From Candidatus Magasanikiibacteriota bacterium (GTDB lineage: Bacteria; Patescibacteriota; Patescibacteriia; Magasanikbacterales; GWA2-37-8), in the NCBI GenBank assembly GCA_903853785.1, contig CAINUM010000063.1:2974-66973 (forward strand): 64,000 nt of DNA. Direction: 5' to 3'. Below are positions 9,046 through 18,730 of the stretch, one piece after another. The position numbers were made by a program, and so were the translations under genes. The first letter of the stretch is position 1; every line of letters starts with the position of its first letter. The notes below the pieces were generated by a model, which was given only the letters and a program-made list of their open reading frames with translations, did not search any database and was not told the DNA's origin.

Positions 9046-11100
9046 TTATTTACACTCCTTATTGGAACATTTGATCTCACCTTTGAAAGTTTGGGTAAGT
9101 AGAGAACCACATTTTTCACATTTTTCACCAGTTGGTTTGTCCCAAAGCGCAAAATCACATTTAGGATATTTGTTGCAACCGTAAAATGTTTTTCCACGTT
9201 TGCTACGACGTTCTGCCAAATCTCCCTCAAGACATTTTGGACATTTTACTCCAGTGACTACGTCGATATTTTTTGTTGTTTTGCATTCTGGATAACCGGT
9301 GCAGGCCATAAATTTGCCAAAGCGACCAGTTTTAATAACCATTGGTTTACCACATTTTTCACAAACCTCTTCAGTAGTTTCATCTGGAATTTTTTCTTTT
9401 TGAGGAATTTCTTTGTCTTTAATTTTCAAATTTTCTTTAAAAGGATGATAAAAATCAGCAATCACTGGTTGCCATTGTTTTTCGCCTCTAGCAATCGCGT
9501 CAAAGTTTTCTTCCATCTGGGCAGTAAAAGAAAAATCGACAATATTTGGAAAGTGTTGAACCAATAAATCGTTTACTACAAAAGCAACTTCGCGAGGTTT
9601 GAGGCGTTTTTTATCGTCACGTTCAACGTAGCCACGATCCTCGATAGTAGCGATGGTTGGGGCAAAAGTAGACGGTCTGCCAACACCATATTCTTCAAGA
9701 GCTTTAACCAAGGCTGCATCATTGTAGCGAGCGGGTGGTTCAGTGTGGTGCTGTTCTGTTTTTATTTCTTGGCAGTTTACTTTTTCACCATTTTCCAAAT
9801 TTGGCAAAGCGTTATCTTTGCTTTTTTCTGGATATAATTTTAAGAAACCATCAAAGATTATAGTTTGGCCAGTAGCTCGGAAAATATAATTATTTGTGGA
9901 AGTAATATTTGCACCGGTCGATGCGACATCAGCAGCAGCCATCTGTGTACCCATCGCTCGATTCCAGATTAGCTCATAAAGTTTGAATTGATTTTTTTCC
10001 AAAAATGGTTCAACGATAGCTGGAGTTCGTTTAGCTTCAGTTGGACGAATAGCTTCATGGGCTTCTTGAGCATTTTTACTTTTATTGGTATAGGCACGTG
10101 GTTTTTCAAGGCTATATTTTGCACCAAATTCTTCGTCAATCACGGCTTTGGCATCTTCCAAAAATTTTGTTGATAAATTTACAGCATCCGTACGCATGTA
10201 AGTAATCAAACCATGAGAACCTTGTGAACCAAGTTCCACACCCTCATAAAGTTGTTGTGCTAGGCGCATCGTTTGTTTGGCAGAAAATCCTAAACGATTG
10301 TTGGCGTCCTGTTGTAAACTAGAAGTTGTAAATGGAGGTGGGGGATTTCGTTTGCTATTTTTCTTTTCAACTGCACTAACAGTATAAGAAACACCAACAA
10401 GGTCTGCAAATATTTTATCGGCCGTTTCCTTATTTTTAATATCCAATTTTTCTAATTTTTTTTCAGGTGTAGCCGAAAGTTTGGCTTCAAAATTTATTTT
10501 TTCTTTATTTTCAAAAATACCCTCTACAGACCAGTATTCTTCTGGTTTAAAATCTAAAATCTCTCGTTCGCGTTCGACGGTGAGTCGCATGGCCACACTT
10601 TGTACACGACCAGCAGATAGTCCCTTGGCTACTTTGCGCCATAAAAATGGAGATAGTTCATAGCCTACCAATCTGTCTAAAATACGTCGTGCTTGTTGAG
10701 CGTCAACCATTTTTAGATCCAGTGCTCGGGGGTTGGCAATGGCATGTTCAACAGCAGTTTTGGTAATTTCATGGAAAGCAATACGTTGGGCTTTGGCCGG
10801 ATCTACACCCAATACTTGTGCCAAATGCCAGGAGATCGCTTCTCCCTCACGATCCTCATCGGTAGCGAATAGGATGTCGTCAGTTTTTTTGGCAGCGTCT
10901 TTAAGTTCTTTGATTACTTTGCTTTTGTCACGACTATTGATGTATTGTGGTTCAAAATTATGTTCAATATCAATACCCATCTTACTTTTTGGAAGATCAC
11001 GAACATGTCCAAATGATGATTTGACGACAAAACTTTTCCCTAAGAATTTGGAAATAGTTTTGGCTTTAGCCGGTGACTCTACTATGACAAGTTTTGACAT
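9046..11100 (-). CDS. topA: DNA topoisomerase I
   Basis: MSKLVIVESPAKAKTISKFLG Toprim start is present. The true start is the internal ATG at 11100, not the track start at 11244. C-terminal C4 zinc ribbons include CEKCGKPM...CTGYPEC. Confidence 0.9.
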   Translation of the reverse strand: MSKLVIVESPAKAKTISKFLGKSFVVKSSFGHVRDLPKSKMGIDIEHNFEPQYINSRDKSKVIKELKDAAKKTDDILFATDEDREGEAISWHLAQVLGVDPAKAQRIAFHEITKTAVEHAIANPRALDLKMVDAQQARRILDRLVGYELSPFLWRKVAKGLSAGRVQSVAMRLTVEREREILDFKPEEYWSVEGIFENKEKINFEAKLSATPEKKLEKLDIKNKETADKIFADLVGVSYTVSAVEKKNSKRNPPPPFTTSSLQQDANNRLGFSAKQTMRLAQQLYEGVELGSQGSHGLITYMRTDAVNLSTKFLEDAKAVIDEEFGAKYSLEKPRAYTNKSKNAQEAHEAIRPTEAKRTPAIVEPFLEKNQFKLYELIWNRAMGTQMAAADVASTGANITSTNNYIFRATGQTIIFDGFLKLYPEKSKDNALPNLENGEKVNCQEIKTEQHHTEPPARYNDAALVKALEEYGVGRPSTFAPTIATIEDRGYVERDDKKRLKPREVAFVVNDLLVQHFPNIVDFSFTAQMEENFDAIARGEKQWQPVIADFYHPFKENLKIKDKEIPQKEKIPDETTEEVCEKCGKPMVIKTGRFGKFMACTGYPECKTTKNIDVVTGVKCPKCLEGDLAERRSKRGKTFYGCNKYPKCDFALWDKPTGEKCEKCGSLLTQTFKGEIKCSNKECK

Positions 11101-11193
11101 AAAAATATTATTTTGCCCTCTTAAGATAATGGATTTTGACTGAATTGTCAATTTTATGGTAAAATTTATGCAGAAATAATTATAAATATTTAT

Positions 11194-11904
11194 ATGAGTG
11201 ATGATGAAAAAGGAAAAGGTAAGTGGGCAAATTGGAAGGCGCAAGGAGGTGATGTGCCCGGTGGTTTGTACGAAGATGAAGAACCGGAAATAATTTTTGC
11301 GATGCCACCTGTTTCGCGTTTAATATCCGATGAAGAACCTACCCCACTAATGGGGCAAGTGTCTGTTAAAAATAAGACAGCCCACCCAGCCCAAGAAATT
11401 ACTTTAGATCAGATTCAAGATAGATTAAGAATGGAATCAGGTCGAGCTGCTGGGATGAAACGAGAAATGGAAAGTGAAAAACAGGGTGCGAAAGAATTAG
11501 AAGATATATTCGAAGCGGTAGAAGCTGGGAACGAAAGTGTAATAAAAGGCTTGATCGTGAGGGAGTTCGGAAATGTTGAATTTGACAACTTAAATGACAT
11601 GCAGATTCGTTTAGATGATTTTTTCTCTGGAAGCAGAGATCTGAGTGTTAATATCGATCTGACCAAATCACCGCCTAAAAACAAAAAAATGAGTTTTGTT
11701 TTCAGACCCCGAGTTGCCGGCGCAGCACCATTTGTAGAAGTAACGTTGGTAAATGAAACTGGACTCGGTAAAGCTAAAAACGAAACTATTACTCATGTTG
11801 GAAGTGTAAAAATTGTCAATCCAGATGGGTCACCCTATGTTGCCGCGGCTAAAGAAAAGAAAACAAATTGGTTTTCTGGAATGTTTGGAAAAAAGAAAAA
11901 ATAA
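11194..11904 (+). CDS. hypothetical protein
   Basis: 236-aa ORF with an acidic N-terminal half. No motif recognised. Confidence 0.4.
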   Translation: MSDDEKGKGKWANWKAQGGDVPGGLYEDEEPEIIFAMPPVSRLISDEEPTPLMGQVSVKNKTAHPAQEITLDQIQDRLRMESGRAAGMKREMESEKQGAKELEDIFEAVEAGNESVIKGLIVREFGNVEFDNLNDMQIRLDDFFSGSRDLSVNIDLTKSPPKNKKMSFVFRPRVAGAAPFVEVTLVNETGLGKAKNETITHVGSVKIVNPDGSPYVAAAKEKKTNWFSGMFGKKKK

Positions 11905-11933
11905 TTTTTTTAAAATAACCCTGATATCCAGGG

Positions 11934-13013
11934 TTATTTTTTTATATAATTCATTCCACCAACATTTTTAATTGATCCTTTAATTTCCATTAATATTAAA
12001 GTAGAACTAACCACAGAACTATCGAGCTTGCTCTCTAAAATGATCATATTTATATTTTTCGGCTCTTTGGTTAAATATTTTAGAATATTGTTTTCTACTT
12101 CATTATCACCAGTAGATTCAAAGGTCGGAGTTACTTGTTTAACGGTTTGTAAATTCAGTGCTTCCAAAATATCATTTGGTTCGGTTATCATTTTGGCGCC
12201 AAATTTTATAAGATTATTTGGGCCGGATCCAGTGGGGGAGGTCGTCGCATGAGGTACGGCCATAACTTCGCGATTGTAATCAAGAGCACAGCGAGAAGTG
12301 ATGAGTGCTCCGGATTTTATCGGTGCCTCAATAACTAGAGTTCCTAAACTTAATCCGGCTACAATACGATTACGCGCCGGAAAAGAATATTGAGTAGGTA
12401 AAAATCCAGGCGGATATTCAGAAATCAATGCACCGCCATTATATAATATTTTTTCAGATAGTTGTTTATGTGCAGATGGGTAAACACTCTGCCGATCGAT
12501 ACCAGAACCTAACACGGCTAAAGTTATACCGTTGGCCGCTAGTGCGGTATTGTGTGCTACACCGTCAATACCAAGAGCTAGCCCACTGACAATTACCACG
12601 CCTTGGCGAGCGATTGGCATCACCAGGTCTTCACAGATTATTTTACCGTAGGTCGTCATACGTCTTGTACCAACGACCGCGAGAGTCGGCATTTCGGTTG
12701 GTGGTAATGTCCCGCGATAAAAAAGAGTGTGTGGAGGGTCGTTAATTTCAGATAGAAGAACTGGATAATAGTTGTCACCCAAAGAAACTGTTTGAATATT
12801 TTCTTTTATTAAGTTTTCGAGTATTTTTTCGATAGGATTTTTGTCGCGCCAAGTTAAAAATTCAGAGGCAATATTTTCTTCCAAGCCGGCTTTAAGCAGT
12901 TCGTCTAATTCTGTAATATGTAAATTTTGAAAATCAGTAAAATGAATTTTTAAAGCAGTGTAACGTTTGTAAGTAATTTTTGGAAAGTGAGCTAGCCAAG
13001 CGTGATAATTCAT
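11934..13013 (-). CDS. dprA: DNA processing protein DprA (Smf)
   Basis: VVGTRRMTTYG...VIVSGLALGIDGVAH...AVLGSGID is the DprA Rossmann-like core. Confidence 0.85.
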   Translation of the reverse strand: MNYHAWLAHFPKITYKRYTALKIHFTDFQNLHITELDELLKAGLEENIASEFLTWRDKNPIEKILENLIKENIQTVSLGDNYYPVLLSEINDPPHTLFYRGTLPPTEMPTLAVVGTRRMTTYGKIICEDLVMPIARQGVVIVSGLALGIDGVAHNTALAANGITLAVLGSGIDRQSVYPSAHKQLSEKILYNGGALISEYPPGFLPTQYSFPARNRIVAGLSLGTLVIEAPIKSGALITSRCALDYNREVMAVPHATTSPTGSGPNNLIKFGAKMITEPNDILEALNLQTVKQVTPTFESTGDNEVENNILKYLTKEPKNINMIILESKLDSSVVSSTLILMEIKGSIKNVGGMNYIKK

Positions 13014-13079
13014 AATTAAATAATGAATTAATTTTTATTAGTTACAGTATATCATATTTGTAATTGTCTTGAAATTAAA

Positions 13080-13106
13080 AAAGAGACCCGATAGTCTCTT
13101 TTTAAA
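13080..13106 (-). terminator. Rho-independent terminator downstream of pth
   Basis: AAGAGAC-CCGATA-GTCTCTT hairpin flanked by A/T runs. Confidence 0.5.
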
Positions 13107-13114
13107 ATTATATT

Positions 13115-13654
13115 TTATTCAACTGCTGACAATCTTTTTATTTCTACTGCGGCATGGTCCATAGCAGTTTGTAAAAGTTTGAATTCTTCTTTAGTAAATT
13201 TATTTAAAACAAAGTTACTAATTACTTCAATTTTTTCTTTTTCCACCGGTCCAACTCCGATGCGTATGCGGGTAAAATCTTGTGTACCAATATGCTCGAT
13301 AATAGATTTTATTCCGTTGTGTCCTGCTGCACCACGATTTGTTTGTACGCGAATTTCTCCAACTGGAATATCTTTGTCATCATGCACGATCACAATGTCC
13401 TTGGCGGCTAAACGATAAAAATTTAACATGATACTAACTGAAATGCCAGAATTGTTCATGAAAGTCTGGGGCTTTGCCAATATCACTTTATTGCGTCCGA
13501 CTTTATAATCAAAAACCTCAGCCTGAAGTTTTGAAGATTTTTTGGAAGATAGATTTTCTGATTCAGCAAATCTATCCAAAGTTAGCCAGCCAGCATTGTG
13601 GCGAGTTAATTCAAATTCTTTACCTGGATTTCCAAGACCGACGATGAGCTTCAT
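13115..13654 (-). CDS. pth: peptidyl-tRNA hydrolase
   Basis: MKLIVGLGNPGKEFELTRHNAGW is the Pth signature. Confidence 0.9.
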   Translation of the reverse strand: MKLIVGLGNPGKEFELTRHNAGWLTLDRFAESENLSSKKSSKLQAEVFDYKVGRNKVILAKPQTFMNNSGISVSIMLNFYRLAAKDIVIVHDDKDIPVGEIRVQTNRGAAGHNGIKSIIEHIGTQDFTRIRIGVGPVEKEKIEVISNFVLNKFTKEEFKLLQTAMDHAAVEIKRLSAVE

Positions 13655-13665
13655 AATTTCTAATT

Positions 13666-15036
13666 TTATCTTCTAGTCTTAGTGAGCTTAATAACGATCG
13701 GTGCTGCAAAAAAACTAAATTGATCTCTTAGGCGATTTTCCAAATAATGAACATAAGACATGTTCAAAGATGTTTTGTATTTGATAAACAATTCGAAAAT
13801 TGGTGGGTTGGAATTGATTTGACGGAAGCCCAAAATCTTTGGATGATTTACGCCTTTGCCACGAGATGGTAAATGATCTTTGGTAACATGACGAATAAAT
13901 TCTTCACAAACTTCTTCGGATAGCTCAGTGTGACGTTCTTCCCAAGCTTGTTTTATTAAAGGAAATAGTTGATGGATGCGATAGCTAGTTTTTGAACTCA
14001 CAAACGCAATTGGAGCGTAAGCAATATGTGGAAAATATTTCATGATTTTTTCTTTCACATCGTTACGGAAAGAATCAGTATTATCTTCACTCAAATCCCA
14101 TTTATTAACTACGATAATTACACTCTTGGTACTTTCACGCAACAATCCACCAAGTTGTTGGTCTTGGTCAGTGATAGGGGATGAAGTATCTAGTAAAAAT
14201 AAAACAATATCAGCACGTTTCATCACCTCAATACTTTTGCCGATACCAACACGCTCAAGTAATCCAGAAACTTTGGCCTTACGACGTATACCAGCAGTAT
14301 CGATAAATAATATATGATCGCCGTCAACTTCCACAAGAGTGTCGTGCGGTTCACGAGTGGTATGAGGCATGTCTGAAACAATCACACGTTCTTCACCGAT
14401 CAATCTATTGAATAGAGATGATTTACCAACGTTTGGTTTGCCTAACAAAGCTACTTTAATTGGTTCGATATCTGGTAATAACTGTGGTTTTTTGATAGTT
14501 TTCTTTAAAAGTGAAAAAATCTTTTCCATAAGATCACCTAGTCCAGAACCATTCTGGGCAGAGATAGCAATTGGTTGTCCAAAACCAAGCGACAACCATT
14601 CACGTTCATATTTTAAGGAATGTTGAACTGGATTGTCAGCTTTGTTTGATACTAAAATAACTGGACAATCTTTACGTTTTTGTAATAAAAGTTTGGCTAG
14701 TTCTCTTTCTTGTGGTAAAAGCCCGTCTTTGATATCTGTTACAAACACAATTACGTCTGCTTCTTTGAGAGCCGCTTCAGTTTGTTTGATGATATCTTCT
14801 TCCAAGGGCACATCGTCTGAAAAGGTAAGACCACCAGTGTCAACAATACGGATGTGGCGACCGCGCCAAAGACACTTGCCTTCATTGCGGGTGCGAGTCG
14901 TACCCGGGATATCCGAAACTAAAGCCTTGTCACTTTCGGTGAGACGATTGAAAAGTGTAGATTTTCCTACATTAACACGACCGACAAGGGCAATGGTAGG
15001 TAATTCTAGGTCAACGATTTTTGCTAATGTTGCCAT
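13666..15036 (-). CDS. der: ribosome-associated GTPase Der (EngA)
   Basis: Two tandem GTPase domains (GRVNVGKSTLFNRL and GKPNVGKSSLFNRL) plus a KH-like C-terminus. Confidence 0.9.
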   Translation of the reverse strand: MATLAKIVDLELPTIALVGRVNVGKSTLFNRLTESDKALVSDIPGTTRTRNEGKCLWRGRHIRIVDTGGLTFSDDVPLEEDIIKQTEAALKEADVIVFVTDIKDGLLPQERELAKLLLQKRKDCPVILVSNKADNPVQHSLKYEREWLSLGFGQPIAISAQNGSGLGDLMEKIFSLLKKTIKKPQLLPDIEPIKVALLGKPNVGKSSLFNRLIGEERVIVSDMPHTTREPHDTLVEVDGDHILFIDTAGIRRKAKVSGLLERVGIGKSIEVMKRADIVLFLLDTSSPITDQDQQLGGLLRESTKSVIIVVNKWDLSEDNTDSFRNDVKEKIMKYFPHIAYAPIAFVSSKTSYRIHQLFPLIKQAWEERHTELSEEVCEEFIRHVTKDHLPSRGKGVNHPKILGFRQINSNPPIFELFIKYKTSLNMSYVHYLENRLRDQFSFFAAPIVIKLTKTRR

Positions 15037-15037
15037 A

Positions 15038-16534
15038 TTATTCTTTGTTAACGCTTAAATCCGATCCCAAAATGATCAGTATATCGGCTTCTGTATTAAA
15101 TTTTAAATTTGGATTTGTCTCTTCTGTGCTAGAATTTATGTTATTACTACCATTTTTTATCCATTCTGGCAAGACCGTCTCCACTCGGGCGGTAATTTCT
15201 TTTTGAAGAGCTGTAACAATGTCATTGGAAAGCTTCGGATTAACTACATATATAGTAGTCATATCGATAGGACGTTTTGGACTATTGGCAGCTGGTAAAG
15301 TAGAAAATCCTTTTTCTTGAAGATCTTGTTGGTATTTAGCCGCAAGACCGGCTCTCCAGGTACCGTTTAAGATTTGGATTTTACCTGTAGGGAAAATAGA
15401 TTTGTTTTCGGTAGACAAATTTTGAGCAATTTTGACATGATTGCTGTCAAAAACATTTTCTATAGCCAAATTAATGTCGTCAAAATTTCCAGTGCGAGGA
15501 GCTAAAATATAGGCACCGCTATCCGCTATGTAAGATTTTAAGAATCCGTTTTCTGAATTATCCAACACCAGCATTTTAATATTTTTATCAGCATCTTTGG
15601 CCAGGTTGGCTAAATACATCATTTGACCAAAATTTAAATTGGTAGTTATGTGTGAAGATAAAGATTGTAGAATACTTTGAACACGAACTGGATTTGTATA
15701 AGTTCCAACAGATAAAAGTTTTTCTTTTAAAGCTGAGATCATCAGCTGTTGGCGACGAGAACGAGCAAAATCTGAGCCTTCACCATTATTACCATGGCGA
15801 GAACGAGCAAAATCTAAAGCTCGTTCACCATTCATAGCTTGAACACCCGCATCAAATGTTAAAGTTCGATAAGAATAATTTGGACCAGGGAATTCGTAAT
15901 CAACAAATGAACGTGGAACATTTACGGTCACACCACCAACCTCGTCGATTATTTCTTGAAAAGCAGTAAAATCGACGCGAGCATAATACGGAATTTCCGC
16001 CCCAAAAGTTTTGGCGAAAATATCACGAGCGTATTCACCGCCAGACCCAGCTGCTTGAGCTTCGCCAAAAGAATCCGCGGAATTAATTTTTCTAACACCG
16101 TGATTACCGATGGTTACCCCTAAATCTCGAGGTACGGAAATCATTGCTACTTCATTGGTACTAGGTTTGATGCTTAGAATTATGTTGGTATCAGATAAAT
16201 ACGGGCCATCATGACCTGCACCACCAATGCCTAACAATAAGATATTAATGCGATCGTCTTTTTGTCCTTCAAGTACGTTGTCGGCATGAAAAATAAAATT
16301 TTTGACTGTTTGTAATATGCCGACATTTTTTGGTTTTAGGGTGGTTAAGTCGTAATTTGCCGGATCGTCAGACCATTTAGCGAGTGAATAGTTACGATAA
16401 GTATTGCAACCGACGATGAACAAAAGCCCGACTATAATAAAAAATAGCCAAAACAGTTTTTTTCTTTTTGGCTTAGGTTCGTCCAGTTCCAGTTTCTGTG
16501 GTTCTAGTAAATTTATTGGGTCTTTTGTTAACAT
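15038..16534 (-). CDS. LytR-CpsA-Psr (LCP) family cell-envelope phosphotransferase
   Basis: N-terminal TM anchor, then DTNIILSIKPST...MISVPRDL...VNVPRSFVD, the LCP core. A C-terminal LytR_C-like extension follows. Confidence 0.8.
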   Translation of the reverse strand: MLTKDPINLLEPQKLELDEPKPKRKKLFWLFFIIVGLLFIVGCNTYRNYSLAKWSDDPANYDLTTLKPKNVGILQTVKNFIFHADNVLEGQKDDRINILLLGIGGAGHDGPYLSDTNIILSIKPSTNEVAMISVPRDLGVTIGNHGVRKINSADSFGEAQAAGSGGEYARDIFAKTFGAEIPYYARVDFTAFQEIIDEVGGVTVNVPRSFVDYEFPGPNYSYRTLTFDAGVQAMNGERALDFARSRHGNNGEGSDFARSRRQQLMISALKEKLLSVGTYTNPVRVQSILQSLSSHITTNLNFGQMMYLANLAKDADKNIKMLVLDNSENGFLKSYIADSGAYILAPRTGNFDDINLAIENVFDSNHVKIAQNLSTENKSIFPTGKIQILNGTWRAGLAAKYQQDLQEKGFSTLPAANSPKRPIDMTTIYVVNPKLSNDIVTALQKEITARVETVLPEWIKNGSNNINSSTEETNPNLKFNTEADILIILGSDLSVNKE

Positions 16535-16584
16535 ATAGTAGGAAAATCATACCATAAAATATCATAAAAAGCAACTTGTCGGGG

Positions 16585-16613
16585 TTGATTTATTTTTTTC
16601 TTTGTGATAGAGT
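16585..16613 (+). promoter_or_regulatory. candidate promoter upstream of tRNA-like minihelix
   Basis: TTGATT-17nt-TAGAGT places a transcription start about 15 nt before the minihelix. Confidence 0.3.
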
Positions 16614-16631
16614 AAATTCGAACTCAAATCA

Positions 16632-16670
16632 GGATGATTAGCTCAGCTGGTTCGAGTCCAGTATCATCCA
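16632..16670 (+). ncRNA. tRNA-like minihelix (acceptor stem plus T-arm, no D-stem or anticodon arm), possibly a tRNA pseudogene or processing signal
   Basis: GGATGAT-TAGCTCA-GCTGG-TTCGAGT-CCAGT-ATCATCC-A. A 7-bp acceptor stem, a 5-bp T-stem with the canonical TTCGAGT T-loop and a D-loop-like TAGCTCAG remnant. There is no anticodon arm. Confidence 0.35.
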
Positions 16671-16688
16671 CGGGTTAAAATTATTTCT

Positions 16689-17192
16689 ATGCCAAAGAAT
16701 ATTTTAAAAGAGGAGATCAATATTGGAGAAGTCCAATATGAGTGGACGGTAAAGGAATACGAGCAGCATGAGCGAAATCAAAAATGGTATTGGGTGATGG
16801 GAGCGATTGGAATTGCCATTACGGTTTACGCAGTGTTGTCTGCCAATTATCTATTTGCGTTGATTACAGTCTTGTTTGGGATAATTTTATTCATGCAAGA
16901 TATGGTGACGCCAATGGATGTGTATTTTGCAATAACCAATACTGGAGTAGTGATTGGAAAAAAGTATTATCGCTACAGTGAATTTACAACTTTTTGGATG
17001 ATATACAATCCGCCAGTTACCAAGAATTTGTATTTTTCACAGGACAATGTTTTGAACCACCGCATTCAAGTGCCATTGTATGATTATGATCCGATGCCAA
17101 TTCGCGAATATTTAGCTCTATATATGGAAGAGGATTTAGAGCAAGAAGAAGAGCCACTTAGCGAACGCATGGGTAGAATATTGAAAATATAG
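16689..17192 (+). CDS. hypothetical small membrane protein
   Basis: 167-aa ORF with two hydrophobic helices and an acidic C-terminus. It starts 18 nt after the minihelix. Confidence 0.45.
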   Translation: MPKNILKEEINIGEVQYEWTVKEYEQHERNQKWYWVMGAIGIAITVYAVLSANYLFALITVLFGIILFMQDMVTPMDVYFAITNTGVVIGKKYYRYSEFTTFWMIYNPPVTKNLYFSQDNVLNHRIQVPLYDYDPMPIREYLALYMEEDLEQEEEPLSERMGRILKI

Positions 17193-17205
17193 TAAAGAAG
17201 TTCCT

Positions 17206-17277
17206 GCACCCATCGTTCAATGGATAGGACATTGGCCTGCGAAGCCGAAAATTTAGGTTCGACTCCTAATGGGTGCA
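17206..17277 (+). tRNA. tRNA-Arg (anticodon read as GCG)
   Basis: Manual fold: acceptor GCACCCA/TGGGTGC, D-stem GTTC/GGAC, anticodon stem TTGGC/GCCGA with loop CTGCGAA (U33, anticodon GCG, A37), T-arm TTAGG-TTCGACT-CCTAA and discriminator A. CCA is not encoded. Confidence 0.8.
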
Positions 17278-17280
17278 CAA

Positions 17281-17312
17281 AAAAACGCTTTTATCAAAAG
17301 GCGTTTTTTATT
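17281..17312 (+). terminator. terminator-like hairpin after tRNA-Arg
   Basis: AAAAACGCTTTT-ATCA-AAAGGCGTTTTTT, an imperfect stem followed by a T-run. Confidence 0.45.
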
Positions 17313-17327
17313 TGTTTATGTTCTGGA

Positions 17328-17356
17328 TTGATTTTTTCAAATATCATTGGTATACT
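17328..17356 (+). promoter_or_regulatory. sigma70-type promoter of GC-rich element A
   Basis: TTGATT-17nt-TATACT. The GC-rich block begins about 8 nt after the predicted +1. Confidence 0.5.
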
Positions 17357-17370
17357 TTTTTTGTTTGATG

Positions 17371-17725
17371 CCTGTTGCAAGAGCACAGGAAATCCAGTCT
17401 ACAACTTGGAGGTTTCGATGAAGTTGATCGCACACGCTGTCCATATTCCATTTTTGTTCTGTCTGCTCGGCGGGGTTCGTCTTTCAGCAGTGATCTGCCC
17501 CCCCATCTCGCTGGTTCCGTCCAGCGACCCGTGGCCGCGAATGCCGCAGAACACCGATCGTCATCGTGGTCGGCGTGAGTTCGTGTCGGCGGTCGCCAAC
17601 GCCCAACGCATCGCTCAGCGCAACTCCAATGGGTGCCGCCGCCGCTAGCCGGCGCTGAACCCTTGTTGGTATCAAACCCCGCTGTGCGTCGACTAATCCA
17701 AAGGAGTAGTCCGGCGCACACATAC
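17371..17725 (+). ncRNA. GC-rich structured-RNA candidate A (unknown family). Contains a possible 77-aa sORF at 17417..17650 preceded by GGAGG
   Basis: About 355 nt at roughly 60% GC in a roughly 35% GC genome. Own promoter and terminator. The 3' hairpin TGCGTCGACTA-ATCCAAAGGAG-TAGTCCGGCGCA (17685..17718) is conserved, with covariation, in element B. Confidence 0.45.
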
Positions 17726-17756
17726 TTTAGACTCAAGTTATTGTCTCTAGAGAAAG

Positions 17757-17792
17757 ATAAAAAATTCCAATTGAATGTTGGAATTTTTTGTT
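17757..17792 (+). terminator. Rho-independent terminator after element A
   Basis: AAAAAATTCCAA-TTGAATG-TTGGAATTTTTTG, a perfect stem plus U-run. Confidence 0.6.
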
Positions 17793-17853
17793 TGCCAAAC
17801 TTTTTATGTATGATATACTTTCATTATTAAACAATGATTTAAATAATTATTTT

Positions 17854-18693
17854 ATGTCTGAAGTATCAAGTGAAGACAAAGCTAAACAAGCGGAATTCAA
17901 AGCACCAACATTCGAAAAAAAAACTTCTTCAAAAGAAGTACAGCTTTTGGATTCAAAATATTTTCAAGCAATGAATCGACTTTATCAATTACAAAATAAA
18001 GTAGGAAAAGAAAGTATTCCCCAAGCGATTTTGGATAATAAAGACTTGAAAGCAGTGGTGGATGAAGTGCTGGCCGACGCCAGATATAATCCTGAAGGCA
18101 AGAAAATAGAGGATGTAGATTTTAGCTTAGTAGATGATAAAAAAACAAACAAATTAGGTGTACTTGGAAAGAATAAACAAGCAAGAACTAGTTGGAATAA
18201 AGATAATCCTTTTTATCGTGCATGGGTTAAAGATGCAAAAGATATTATGCCTGAAGCAGGAGAAGATATTGAGGATGTATTGCCAGACATTTCGGATGTT
18301 GGACCAGTTGAACCAATTATCAGCGAAGACGATAAGCAAACGGTGGCAGAGGCGGATAGTGCAAAAATTATAGATATCAGATCTAGAATAAATGATTTTA
18401 CAAAGTCCGAAAAAGCATTTTTTAATAGTGAACACGATGAGATCGCCCCTGCTTCTACAGCGGAGGAATTGGCTCAAGCTAAAAAGATTTTAGGATCAGA
18501 TCAAGATGATGGAACTTATCGTTCAGGTCAAAGTATTACACCGGGTGGTTCGACAAAGACTTGGCTGGAGAAAGGGTTGTTGGCAATAGGAGCTAAAAAA
18601 TTGGGTGAAGCAATCGCAAGAAGTAATAAAAAAGAGAATCCAATAGCAGAAAAACCAAAGACTGATGATAAAATCGACAAACTCGCAGCCTAG
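17854..18693 (+). CDS. hypothetical acidic low-complexity protein
   Basis: ORF starting MSEVSSEDKAKQ. The track start at 17788 overlaps the upstream terminator, so the ATG at 17854 is preferred. Rich in D/E/K with no motif. Confidence 0.5.
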   Translation: MSEVSSEDKAKQAEFKAPTFEKKTSSKEVQLLDSKYFQAMNRLYQLQNKVGKESIPQAILDNKDLKAVVDEVLADARYNPEGKKIEDVDFSLVDDKKTNKLGVLGKNKQARTSWNKDNPFYRAWVKDAKDIMPEAGEDIEDVLPDISDVGPVEPIISEDDKQTVAEADSAKIIDIRSRINDFTKSEKAFFNSEHDEIAPASTAEELAQAKKILGSDQDDGTYRSGQSITPGGSTKTWLEKGLLAIGAKKLGEAIARSNKKENPIAEKPKTDDKIDKLAA

Positions 18694-18701
18694 AACAAGC
18701 A

Positions 18702-18730
18702 TTGACTTTTTGGCCTAAATATGCTATACT
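18702..18730 (+). promoter_or_regulatory. sigma70-type promoter of GC-rich element B
   Basis: TTGACT-17nt-TATACT immediately followed by the GC-rich block. Nearly identical -10 and spacing to the element A promoter. Confidence 0.5.

Noticed and set aside
9021-9230. 69-aa minus-strand ORF overlapping the 3' end of topA
   Set aside because: Out-of-frame overlap with the topA zinc-ribbon region. No independent support.
16632-16670. Minihelix as a split or permuted tmRNA tRNA-like domain
   Set aside because: Both acceptor strands and the T-arm are contiguous within 39 nt, with no mRNA-like or pseudoknot region between or after them. None of the GC-rich islands supplies a tag ORF ending in ...AA-stop in appropriate context.
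17344-17736. Minus-strand ORFs of 130 and 79 aa and other long ORFs inside GC-rich elements A and B
   Set aside because: High GC removes stop codons by chance. The translations are Arg/Ala/Gly-rich nonsense with no start context. The plus-strand sORFs are kept only as an alternative hypothesis.
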